A DNA stretch of 64,000 nucleotides from Antedon mediterranea (lineage: Eukaryota > Animalia > Echinodermata). Made by a program: the position numbers and the translations under genes. Below the pieces are notes generated by a model, which did no database searches, was not told the DNA's origin, and saw only the letters and a program-made list of their open reading frames with translations. Where the stretch lies: assembly GCF_964355755.1 (NCBI RefSeq), contig NC_092670.1, forward strand, positions 2,098,201-2,162,200, written 5' to 3'. Of the stretch, positions 1 through 12,442 are shown piece after piece (positions within the stretch are counted from its first letter, which is position 1; every line of letters begins with the position of its first letter).

Positions 1-443
1 CGTTTCAGGCAATTTTAAGCGTTTACAAAATTGCCATGAGTGCGCAGATTTTGCGCGCGCACTGCGCGTTAAATGTTATTGCGCACTCTTTTTGCCCGAT
101 TTCTGTTTTCTTGACTTACTTTTCAACTCGAAATTACGTTATACGAGCACGTCAAAAGTGACAGGCTACGCACGTGTAAATTAAAAAAATATAAATGTTT
201 TTAAACATTTCAACATTTTTAAACATGTTCAGTAATTTCGGTCAGTATAGTTCACTATGTCGGTCGGTCCGTCTGTCTGTCGGTCTGTCTGTCTGTCGGT
301 CTGTTTGTCTGTCGGTCCGGTATCACTATGCATTGTAGCACGCGACTTAATGGCTGTTGGCCTTGTTATTAGTTCAGTTCAGTTTTTAGTCGCGTGGAAG
401 CGACGCTATAGTTCACTATGTCGGTCGGTCGGTCTGTCTGTCG

Positions 444-474
<31 letters not shown>

Positions 475-2095
475 GGTCCGGTATCACTATGCGTTTTATC
501 GCTTTCTGACCTTATCTTGATATCAGTTTAATCTAGCTAGGTCAATTTTTCACAGTATATTCCTTATGGCCAGGAATCAATGTGGTTATGTTTTCACGGT
601 GCGCAATAAAAAATTACGCGGTCTACGCACGATTTAACGAAATCATGTTTGTAATCATATCTTCACAACCATGAATCACAATTAAATAAAATTTGGTACT
701 CATAAATTTCAGGGCATAAATCATCATATGGCAATACAATTACGTGCGTAGCGCATGTAACGCATGCGTACGCGCGTTTAAAATTTTCAAAATTTATTTT
801 CGATGAAATAAGAGTACGTTTCAGGCAATTTTAAGCGTGCGTTAAGAGTGCGCATATTTTTGCGCGCGTTAAATGTTATTGCGCACTGTTTTTGCCCGAT
901 TTCTGTTTTCTTGACTTACTTTTCAACTCGAAATCACGTTATACGAGCACGTCAAAAGTGACAGGCTACGCACGTGTAAATTAAAAAAATATAAATGTTT
1001 TTAAACATTTCCACATTTTTAAACATGTTCAGTAATTTCGGTCAGTATAGTTCACTATGTCGGTCGGTCGGTCTGTCTGTCGGTCTGTCGGTCTGTCCGT
1101 CGGTCCGGTATCACTATGCATTGTAGCACGCGACTTAATGGCTGTTGGCCTTGTTCTAAGGAGTTTTCGTTGAAATATGTGAAATACGAGGTTCCCCAGC
1201 ATAGCTTTATTTTTGAAATTTTAACTCGAAAACAAATGCATTATCACATTTTATTAGGGCTAAGTCATGTATTTTCTATTTTTAGTCGCGTGGAAGCGAC
1301 TCTATAGTTCACTATGTCGGTCGGTCGGTCTGTCTGTCGGTCTGTCTGTCGGTCTATCTGTCTGTCTGTCGGTCCGGTATCACTATGCGTTTTATCGCTT
1401 TCTGACCTTATCTTGATATCAGTTTAATCTAGCTAAGTCAATTTTTCACAGAATATTCCTTATGGCCAGGAATCGATGTGGTTATGTTTTCACGGTGCGC
1501 AATAAAAAATTACGTGGTCTACGCACGATTTAACGAAATCACGTTTGTAATCATATCTTAACAACCATGAATCACAATTAAATAAAAGTTGGTACTCATA
1601 AATTTCAGGGCATAAATCATCATATGGCAATACAATTACGTGCGTAGCGCATGTAACGCATGCGTACGCGCGCTTAAAATTTTCAAAATTTATTTTCGAT
1701 GAAATAAGAGTACGTTTCAGGCAATTTTAAGCGTTTACAAAATTGCCATGAGTGCGCAGATTTTGCGCGCGCACTGCGCGATAAATGTTATTGCGCACTC
1801 TTTTTGCCCAATTTCTGTTTTCTTGACTTACTTTTCAACTCGAAATTACGTTATACGAGCACGTCAAAAGTGACAGGCTACGCACGTGTAAATTAAAAAA
1901 ATATAAATGTTTTTAAACATTTCAACATTTTTAAACATGTTCAGTAATTTCGGTCAGTATAGTTCACTATGTCGGTCGGTCCGTCTGTCTGTCGGTCTGT
2001 CTGTCTGTCGGTCTGTCTGTCTGTCGGTCTGTTTGTCTGTCGGTCCGGTATCACTATGCATTGTAGCACGCGACTTAATGGCTGTTGGCCTTGTT
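1..2095 (+). mobile_element. Cluster of three non-autonomous Helentron/DINE-1-like (HINE) elements: <1-367, 383-1155, 1279-2095
   Basis: Complete copies start TTTTTAGTCGCGTG, carry (GTCY)n microsatellites and end CACGCGACT (inverted subterminal repeat) + short GGC-TGTTG-GCC stem + TTGTT. Copies are near-identical. The ORFs at 257, 1116 and 1907 are microsatellite/repeat artefacts. Confidence 0.75.
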
Positions 2096-2240
2096 ATTAG
2101 TTCAGTTCAGTTTTTTTTTATACAACAGCGAGTTATGGACTATAAATAAGCTATGGAACATGCTTTAGTCACTGGGCAATTTATTTTCATCACAATTTTT
2201 TTTTATTGATTTTGATTCATTTCTTTTATTTTCGATTCAG

Positions 2241-5200
2241 CTTTATTGGCATATTCACTATCAGACTCTTTACTTTATCGTTCCGATTATGACGTGGCTA
2301 GTGTGGATGGCATTTCACTAGAAGAATGTGCTGAACGCTGTAAATTTAAATCATCATTTGTTTGTCGATCTTTTGATTATTACAAAGACGGTTACATGCG
2401 TGTGGCTGATATCGACAAAGGTGCTACGTGTTTTTTAATTAATGCAAATAACGATATGGCTGCTGGTGGATCAAGACGAAATGATCAGGATGAATCTTTT
2501 GTTCATTATGAAAGAGGTAAGTTGACGTATATTTAATTTCATAATCAAATACGGAGGTTTTAAGATGTTGCCTTAACTTCTTCATTTGTGCGTGTGCCCT
2601 TTATTTATTTGGATTTGTTTAGTTAGTCTTATTTATAATATGCGCCCATATACAAGCTGAGATTCCATTGCGGAAGGGTATGGTTGTACAATCGTACTAG
2701 TCGTAGTCGTTCAAATTTGTTCAAATTTGTTGTGGCCGTTGTTTCAAATACATTTTGGAGAAAAAAAATTAAGATAACTTATCTCTTCATTTTGTCTTTC
2801 CAACATAATCAATCGCAGAAATCCATCTTTCTAACCAAAATGTTAACGCATCTTGGTATATTTGACAAGCCAAGTCTACCAAATATGCAGGGTAGCAGAA
2901 TTTGAAAAGAAAAATTGTGTATAGTTCTCACATTTGTAAGATGCTTACGTAATATTTTTGGAAAGTTTTCCCAATACTCGTCAAAATGTAAAATGAAAAT
3001 AAAAACAATAGTAAACAAGTGACCATTTTTAGGCTAAAACCATCTTACCTCATCCAGCAGTTGTCAAAATATTGTTTGTGCGTGCGCAATTACAATGTAT
3101 TATAGTATGCTATGCTACAGTATTTTCTCACTTGGTATCTTATCTTTTAGTTAAAATGCACATCTGCCAACAGATACAAAATATATATACCGTTTACATT
3201 TCAATTAGTGTATATTTTGCATTCAGTATATACTTTGCATTTCTGTACTCTATAGTCTCCCTCAATAAAGCATTATTACGGGGGAGGGGTTGTTCATTGC
3301 CAGATATATACTGAACATCAGAAATTTGCTTAAAACGAAACATCAATAATAATAATAATACTGTAATAATATACTGCCATTATGAAGCGCCTAATATTGT
3401 GAAACCTCAAGTGCTGTACATATTATTACCTCGGTTATTTTTGGATCAAGCGTACCCATAATGCAGCTGTAAAAGCGCAAAGTTGTGCCTTTGTACACCG
3501 TACCTGCGTGGAAATGCCTTGCGTATATAGGTTGCAAGCAATTTGAAATACTATACTCACGATCAATAGTTCAACACCCGACACATTGCACCACATTGCC
3601 CTTACATTAAATGATTGAAATATTTTTTTTACATTTTTGCTTAATTATTTTTGTATTGCTTTCCATTTTTCTTTTTGTATAAACGTTATCTCTTGTTTTT
3701 TTTACAGATTATTATGAAATTTCAAATGGTGCTGATTATAGAGGTTCAGTCAGTTTATCTTTTTACCAATATTAGGCCTAAGTCGAAATGCAGTCTAGAC
3801 CCTAGACTACACGATGACGCGTGTGTAATTTTTATAAAATGATGCGTGTTAGACAGTGTCTGTTTAAAAGATTGTTCTGATTATAGAGGGATGTCAGATA
3901 AGGCCTACGGTACTGAATATCAGGGATTATGCATTGTGCCTTACGAAACATTACATCAAATTATTGAAAGATTGTTTTACTTTAATTTGCCATAATTTTT
4001 TTTTGCCTTCCATGTTCTTTTTGTATAACATTTATTTTGTCTCTTGTTTTTTCAGAATGTTATTTAAGTTCAGATGGTGAAGATTATAGAGGTTTAGTTA
4101 GTACCACAAATACTGGAAAAACTTGCCAAAAATGGACATCACAATCGCCTAATGAACATTCAAGAACACCACAAAACTACCCAAATAGAGGTTTGGGAAA
4201 ACACAACTTCTGCCGTAACCCTGATGATTACGGTAACCCTTGGTGTTACACAACAACAGACAGATGGGACAACTGTGATGAAACAGTTGGACGATCATAT
4301 GAAAATTGTGGTAGGTTAAATCTGATTTAATATTTGTTTGTTTTCTACCAATTCACAATGATGTGGTGGAATTGTGTCTGATGGTTTAGATGCTTGCTAC
4401 CAATCCAGTCACAATTCCATACTTTTAGTGTCAGTCACATAAGCACCAACTCAGTCAGTAGTATCAGGTGTACAATTTGTTAAATTTGTTGATAACTCAT
4501 TGATTTATTTCAATTGTAAACAATCCGAAAAATTATTGACAAGTACATGTAGGCCACATACTGTCGTTTTGTTCTACTGAAGAAAACATTTTTTTTTTTC
4601 GATTTAGCTTTATCAGCATACAAAAAATTTCCAGACTTAAAGAGAAGCACAGGACACGGTTCTTCTTACAGTGGAAGTTCTAAAGAAATATATAACTTTT
4701 CACCAGAAGAATGTGCTAGATTATGTACTGATGAATCATCGTTCGTTTGTCGATATTTTCATTATATAAAAAAATGGAGTAAATGTACTCTCTACACTGA
4801 AAATGATGAACCAGAATTTACTGAAGATGATTTTTACGACTATTATGAAAGAAGTAGGTTGACAAATATTTACAGATATTGAATTCCATAATTAAAACGA
4901 CTACCAAAGGTACCAAAATGTGTTTTAAATAATGCCAGATTCTTTTTTGATACATTTGTAAACTATAAATCAGAACAGTGTTTTCTCATCTGATTATATT
5001 ATATATCCTCTATATATATTAAACATTAAAGCTCATTTTGGTGGAATACTACAAAACACTTTAAGGCCAATACTAAATAATTGTTTGTCGTAGTTCTCTA
5101 GCACGGTAAATGGAGTTATGGTGATGTAACATGGCTAGCATATTATGGACGTATAATGTTCTGCACCTAAATGAAAAAAAATATCTGATTTTTTTAGCAA

Positions 5201-8200
5201 GTTTCAATGTCATTGCTGAAACAATTCTCTTTCAAAAACATTTTATTTTTAAGGCATTCCTCTGAGCTAAGAGTAGAGTACTCTCAAAATACAGATATTA
5301 TATACAGGACAGATAACGTGACAATGTGGATTTTGATTTGAAATACACTTTTGATCAAGACACATTAATATGGGTGGAAAATTAAATAAAAATCTTCAAA
5401 ATAGTGCAGCAAAACTGATCATTAACAAGAAAGTGTGATTCGGCTACAGCTTTAGACCAATACATTAGTTTCTACACTAAAAAAATCTGGCATCACATCT
5501 GATCTTTCATACTATCACCCAATTTCGATTCTTAAATGTTCATCGACAGGCTTGAAACCCGGCTTGGAAGTATTCATCTAACCTATATAAACAAACAATA
5601 AATAGAATAATTAAACTATGAGCAAAATTATGTCGTCATATAAATATTCAGATTATTATCTGTATTTTTTTTAAATATGGCTTTATTAAAAATTTAATAC
5701 ATTAAAAAAAATATATAGTTTGTTTTTGAGACTGGAAATTGGAAATTAGATGTTAGTTTCAATTGGAGAAAGGTTGGGTTGTTGGCATGGAATGACCTAA
5801 CTGTGATTAAGATTCGGTATCGTTTCAATTAAATTTATTTTTTACAGGCCCATGTGACATTGATAATGGAGGGTGTGCGGACATTTGTACTCTTTCCAAT
5901 TTCCAAGTCAAATGCAGCTGTTCACCTCACTTTTCACTAGCGGAAGACGGACACTTATGTGTGGCAAAATCATGTAAAGATAATGGATATGAATGTAGCC
6001 AGCTTTGCAATGACGATGAGGGGGTGGCGAAGTGTGTTTGCACCGAAGGGTACACTCTGGCAAATGACCATCGAACTTGTGAAATTATCAGCGATGTCCA
6101 GCCAAAGTTAATCGTTGTTACAGATACAAACAATGTATCGGAATATCCAGGTTTCGACGGCGATTCTACTCAGAATACTGTAATAAACAACATGACTTTT
6201 GAGGGTGCTTCCAACATTGTCTTAATTGATTATGACATCAGACAGAATTATATGTATTTGTCAGACGTTTCACGTGAATCTATTTTTAGGTATGTTTATT
6301 GTTAGGATGTTATATGTAGGCCTATGTTTAATTTTAAGGTTCATTCAAGTCAATATCATTAATTCTCAATTTGTTATCAATCAGTTCAATTTAGATTCTG
6401 CGTTTAATGTACGATATTGTAGCAAAATTGTAGTTTTGAAATCTGCGACTAAACCTTACTTTCACCAAAACACAAAAATTAATTAGCAGATAAGCTTAGT
6501 TCCCTCCCATGACGCAACACAATTAAGGGCGTAAAGTAATCTGACCAATCGCTACGCAATGGATCATCCGAAAACTGTCAACTCACTTGCGTTGCGCGTA
6601 CGTACATGCGTTGCGTTCTAGAGCGTAACATGAGAACCAAGCTGAACAGCAACACTCATGGCACACGCCTTGCTACCATTAATCTGCTCACATGCAGATC
6701 ACCAGCGCTTTTACTCTTTCACCGCGAGAATCTCCAACACCACTGTTGTCTAAGCTAAGTGAAATTTCCCACCAAGGCCGGTTTTGTTTGACCTCTAGAG
6801 ATGATACCTCCAGTAGGCCATATGCAACCTACCGTATTTTCAACCTTCATTAATAGCGTTACCTTTTTCTTAGTTTTTTTATTAAACCAGTTTTTATTTT
6901 TACAGATTTTCACTTGACTTTAATGAAAACTCGGAGTCAGCAGTCATACTAACTAACACAAAAAGCCACAGTATTGCCATCGATTGGATACACAATAATA
7001 TGTACTACACGGATGTGGATAATGAAATCATCGGTGTGGTCGATCTTGATAGTTTGAACAAAGTTACCTTAATAGATGAAGGATTGTCTGAGCCCAGAGC
7101 GATCGTTGTACATCCAGGAATTGGGTAAATACATAATTGTATTCACCAAATTGATTGATAGTCGGTTATATGGTATAGTCATGAATTGAATACACTACAC
7201 TGTATTTTAAGCAACAGGATGAAATAACAAATTTATTAATGCGTTTCTGTAATTTGTAATGTTTTGTGAAAATAATGTCATTGAGTGTGTATGTATTGAA
7301 TGTACGTTCCTTGGTTATTTATTTAGTTTTTGGCAGAATCTGTTGAAAAATAGACTTGGCTCTTCCATTTGTTTTCTTCACGATTGACAGTGGGTGATCA
7401 AACGAATTACACCTGCACGATGCATGCCAGTATTAGCGTGTCGCTTAAATAATTAGAAACATAACATTTTATTCAAAATCTCTCTCTAGATACATGTTCT
7501 GGACAGACTGGGGAACTGGTAAAATAGAAAAGTCTGGACTTGATGGGTCGATTAGACAGACAATTGTCAGCAACCTGACCTGGCCAAACGCATTGACCAT
7601 CGACTTCCCTGCGTCCACTCTTTATTGGGTCGATGCTAATTTGTTTATACGAATTAGCGATTTCGAAGGTGGCAACGTACAGACAGTGTTTTCCTCTCAA
7701 GATTTCCTACAAAATCCATTCTCGATCACAGTCTTTGGAAATGTTTTGTACTGGACTGATTGGACACTGCAAAGTATTGTAATTGCAGATAAGTTAGATC
7801 CTTCTGCGACGGCTACACAATTCATTACAAATTTGAATAGTGTAATGGACTTGAAAATCGTTCACCCATTGCGTCAGCCAGGTAATCAATGATGTTATTA
7901 ATATTATTTATCTAGACTTAGGAAGATGGACAATTCATTAAATTTAATCTCATATTATACCGTTCTGAATTTTCACTTACGACAAAAAGTACTATAAGTA
8001 ACGACAAAAAGTTAAATTCATTCATACTTTAATTTACAACCATGATGTCCTGTGTATATGACATTACACTAATCCATCAATATACCAACAATGAAAGACT
8101 GTATTTTATATTGTATACATTACGTAATCATTAATTAAATTAATCATGCCTAAAGATTGGTTCCCACTATGCAGACGCAATGCCGTAAACTCAACGCAAG

Positions 8201-9242
8201 TAATTTGACCAATCACAAAAGACATTGGTCAACTCGCTCGGTTTATGCTTACGTCGTTGCGTTGCATCCTGGTGGGAACCAAGCTTAACGAAGAGTACCC
8301 AGCACCATCATATTATTCTGTGAAAGAATATCACCAGTAAAGATGTCGCAATTAGAGATTAGAGAGAACGGCTATTTCCTAGAAATGTGTTGTAAATTGT
8401 GAGTTAGTGGTAGAAAGGTTAGGGCAGTAATGAAACGTAAGCTATTATCAATAAGGGTTCGAAACTTAAGCTTGGTTCTCACTAGAGACGCAACGCATGA
8501 CGTAGACGCAACGCAAGCAAGTTGACCAATCACAAGAGATTGTTCGAACAATCCATCGATTGGTCAAATCACTTACGTTGCGTTACGTCCGTCTCTAGTG
8601 GGAACCAAGTTTTACTCGCTCTATGGTTATGATGGTAGAACAATATTAGTCTTCACTGATAAAGACTATAAACGTAGGTCTAGTGTACACAAAAGGATCT
8701 TGTGCACTTTAAATAACCTGTATCGAGACGAGAGAAGAAGAACTCATACATCATGTTTTACAAAAACAACTGTTTAGTTTTGTTGGTAAAAGTATCTCAC
8801 TCCTTTGCTCATTTAATAACTGTTATTTTTTTCCTCACTGTAACATACTTATACTACTTTAACTTAAAAATGAATATTTCTTTCAGAATTTGACAATGTA
8901 TGTCCTCCTGATAATACGTGTTACATGAATAGTTTATGTCTTCCGAGACCAAACATCTTATCGGTTGTTGATCGATTTATTTGCCAATGTAAGGATGACG
9001 GAGAATGTTCTACATGCCCCGATGGATCATTTGAATGTTCAAACAATAACTGTATCTCAAGCGATCTCATATGCAATGGCTTCCCTGATTGTGATGATGA
9101 GTCAGACGAAAGAAACTGCTCAGAAGAAAATTGTTCAGGATTCCTGTGTGGAAATAATAACTGCATCAAAACAATATGGGTGTGCGATGGAGATGATGAC
9201 TGTTTAGATGGTTCAGATGAGTCAGATGAGCAGTGTATGTAG
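2241..9242 (+). CDS. 3' part of a mosaic LRP-like extracellular protein: PAN-kringle-PAN-EGF-EGF-YWTD propeller-EGF-LDLa x2 (third LDLa frameshifted). Exons 2241-2516, 4056-4310, 4608-4853, 5848-6289, 6906-7124, 7490-7881, 8887-9242
   Basis: AG/GT-bounded, phase-compatible exons. PAN: EECAERC..CRSFDY and EECARLC..CRYFHY. Kringle: GEDYRG..CQKW..HNFCRNPD..PWCYT. EGF: NGGCADIC..CSC and CSQLC..CVCTEGYTL. Propeller: YLSD/YYTD/FWTD/YWVD/YWTD. LDLa: CNGFPDCDDESDE, CDGDDDCLDGSDE. The 5' exons lie outside the window. Confidence 0.9.
3630..3760 (+). pseudogene. Truncated duplicate of the kringle exon 5' end with its splice acceptor
   Basis: Upstream polypyrimidine tract resembles ~3990-4055; acceptor at 3706-3707 followed by YYEISNGADYRGSVS (compare CYLSSDGEDYRGLVS), after which similarity is lost and a stop follows. 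Confidence 0.55.
6493..6643. mobile_element. PIF/Harbinger-like MITE, degenerate copy
   Basis: AGCTTAGTTCCC...GAGAACCAAGCT ends; internal GACCAATC and GCGTTGCG motifs shared with the copies at 8154, 8469 and 9439. Confidence 0.6.
8154..8285. mobile_element. PIF/Harbinger-like MITE
   Basis: AGATTGGTTCCCAC...GTGGGAACCAAGCT, flanked by TAA on both sides. Confidence 0.7.
8469..8611. mobile_element. PIF/Harbinger-like MITE
   Basis: AGCTTGGTTCTCACTAGAGACG...CGTCTCTAGTGGGAACCAAGTT, TTA/TTA TSD. Confidence 0.75.
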
Positions 9243-9438
9243 GGGATGTCCAGGGAAATACGAGTGTCCTGATCATTCATGTATTGATTTAACGTTGCAA
9301 TGCGATGGTGATGACAATTGTAGGGGTGGTATTGACGAGTATGGTTGCTGAAGATGGACAATCATACGACAAAGACAGGTCTCTCTAATATTAAATAGAA
9401 CTGTCTTAAATTGGTTTATGTCACCATTCAACTCATAA

Positions 9439-9617
9439 AGCGTGGTTCCCACTAGCGACGGAACGCAAGGACGTAACGCAACACAAATGAATTGACCAAT
9501 CACAAGCGATGACTTATTCGCTTGTGATTGTTAACTGTCTATAACTTAGTTTGTCATTGGTTAAAACGCTTGCGTTGCGTTTACGTCCTTGCGTTACGTT
9601 CTAGTGGGAACCACGCT
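9439..9617. mobile_element. PIF/Harbinger-like MITE
   Basis: Perfect 17-bp TIR AGCGTGGTTCCCACTAG / CTAGTGGGAACCACGCT, TAA/TAA TSD, largely palindromic interior. Confidence 0.8.
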
Positions 9618-11230
9618 TAAACATTCATTATGTATACTGTTTAGTGGAGCTTTGACGACGCCACTTCCGGTCCTCAGACCTTGTAGTCTAACGTTCTTTT
9701 CTATTTCATTCATAGTTATCATAGCGTAGTAGCACATTATTTTGTTTTCTGTTCAAACTTATTAAAGAATCACCATGCATAATATGTATCAATAATTCTT
9801 TCTTATTTTAGTACTGTGAGAGTGACGGCATTATTGTGAAACAGTTTATTAGAAATTAATTTCAAATTTCAAAATGAAACACGAAGATGTATAGCAGTTT
9901 AGGAAAAACATTCGGATACGTAGCATATAGATGCGCGCTATTTTGAATGTAATGAACTATGATGTAAAAATACGACTTTTATAATTCATATCTACTATTC
10001 AACACCTTCCAGAACATTTTTTATTTATGAGTATCACTTTTCACTCTAAGCTTTAACAGATTAACATTTACTGTAAAGATGAAAATAAGTGACCCAAGTT
10101 ATTCAATTTTTAACGCGTAACTTTTTTACTTCACTGAAAGTTGGCCCTTGATATGAATTAAAGTTTTACTAAGTGTCTTTTAGTTTTTATTCTATGATCA
10201 ATAATTGAAATTCATAGAAATGAATGCAACTCAAATTGTGCCACTCTGACATCATTAAAAAATAGGAGGCACACAACTTCATGTGAATCTCCATATGTTG
10301 ACAAAGTTACGAAATGTTATGTTTACACATTTTAGAGATACACGTGACAAAAAATAACAGAAAGAAAAAAGGTCAAGTTTAATTGAATTGAATATCGAAA
10401 CGTGGTAGGCTTGACCTTTATCAAGATCGTCTAAAATGTATAAATGTAAACTACGATACTTAGTATTGTATATTCTGGAATAGCCGCTCCATAATCTCTT
10501 TGCTTTTCTTCCTTATATACACTTTTTATAATGTTAAATTATTATGTTTTATTTAACACATCATTGTCTTTTTTATATTTAATCTATGTACAAAATCATT
10601 AGATCCAACAAATTACCAAACTATTTACACTAATATAATTAAACATCGTATACTATGATATATACTATTAGTTAATACGACAAAGTAGTTTAGGATGTAG
10701 AAATAGGAAAATGTTTGTTTTTAAATTAAGATGTATTGTCCCCCTGAAAAATAATTTTTACATTTTTGTTGTTGTTGAACATGCCATTTTAATGTCACAT
10801 AATAGTTATCCACTTTGACAACAAATTTAGATCGACAAAAAAATTATATACCTGAAAAACCTGTAATTTAAAGCAAACAAAATGGCTGCCAGCCAACAGT
10901 GGATTTTTGGTTGAATTTAACCATTTATTTTGTCATTTAATAAGTAAAAACATTATTTTTTTCGGGTTTTTTTTCTACAGAAGTGATTAACTTTATTAAA
11001 ATTACAAAATATCATATTCAAAGTCTAATGGGACAATACATGTTTATGTCCTTCCGTTGCGTCATGAGAACCAAGAACAAATCACGATGGGCGTGACGAT
11101 GTTCTAAAATTTTAGGTACCCCCGTAACAGAGTGCACCCCCTATCGAATTACAACAGTAACGGGTTGCATGCTCCGCCTACTTTATGTTTATTCAACGAA
11201 TTTTATGCATCACTAACTCTCGCTTCTTTT

Positions 11231-12442
11231 CCGGGATGCGATTTTTTTTTTCGTACATAAGTTGGGGACCCCCTCATGAAACGTCACAAAATAAACATGA
11301 ATAATTCATCAGTTAAATTTTCTTGTTCCGTGTGCACCCAAGCGTATAGCAACAAGAAGTGATTACACAAGTGCGGTACGATTCTAGGCCTATCTCCGCT
11401 GTTGAAGAATAGCGGCGTTTTGTGTGGATTGTCGAAATAATCGGCCTTTAGTTTATGGTGTTTTTAATATAATTTATTACTAAAGAATTACGTGTTAAAA
11501 TTATAGTTTCTATTAATACTATTAGGCCTAATTATTAGTCTCTAAACCCATGTCTATTCTAGTAGTAGCTGTGTGGATGTGTGTGACGTGTGTGTGTGTT
11601 AGGTATGACCAAAGATAGTTACACTATCTTTGGTATGACACAATCCGAGTAATAAGTCAGCAAAATTAAACAATAAACATTACACAAAAATACATTTTTT
11701 ATTCTCGTGGGTCAAATCTTCCCATCTCATGTGTTCATATACGCGCATTTTTAAAGTTCCTTTGAGTACATTGCATATTGTTTGATAATTGATAGCAGAA
11801 TTAAAAAAATACAGTACAAAAATTATACACATTCTTTATTCTTGTGGGTCTAAGCTTTCTTTGGGCTATGTCCAAGAACGCTTGGGTGCACACGGAACAA
11901 CAACTGCGATACGATTCTTTCTACAATAATAGGCCTAGGATTCTAGGTCAATTCACGTGATTGCCTTCGCGCACTCTTCTTCACACACACGTCCACTATG
12001 CAAAATTTGTCGAGGCTAATCGACAGCTAGGCAAAACATTAAACTAAGTAGTAATTGGACATAGCCCAAAGACACAAGTCACACACACCCACACAGCTAC
12101 TACTACTAGAATATACAGGGGTTTAGAGACTAGTAATTAGGCCTAATAGTATCAATAGAAACTATAATTTTAACACGTAATTCTTTAGTAATAAACTATA
12201 TTAAAAACACCATAAACTAAAGGCTGATTATTTCGACAATCCACACAAAACTCCGCTATTCTATTATGAAATCAGCGGAGATAGGCCTAGAATCGTACCG
12301 CACTTGTGTAATCACTTCTTGTTGCTATACGCTTGGGTGCACACGGAACAAGAAAATTTAACTGATGAATTATTCATGTTTATTTTGTGACGTTTCATGA
12401 TGGGGTCCCCAACTTATGTACGAAAAAAAAAATCGCTTCCGG
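11231..12442. repeat. Long inverted repeat/foldback (arms ~11231-11587 and ~12078-12442)
   Basis: ~360-bp arms are high-identity reverse complements (e.g. GTGTGCACCCAAGCGTATAGCAACAAGAAG vs CTTCTTGTTGCTATACGCTTGGGTGCACAC); ~490-bp spacer with smaller hairpins. Confidence 0.85.

Noticed and set aside
257-2149. SVCL-repeat ORFs
   Set aside because: Translations of the (GTCT)n microsatellite in HINE elements.
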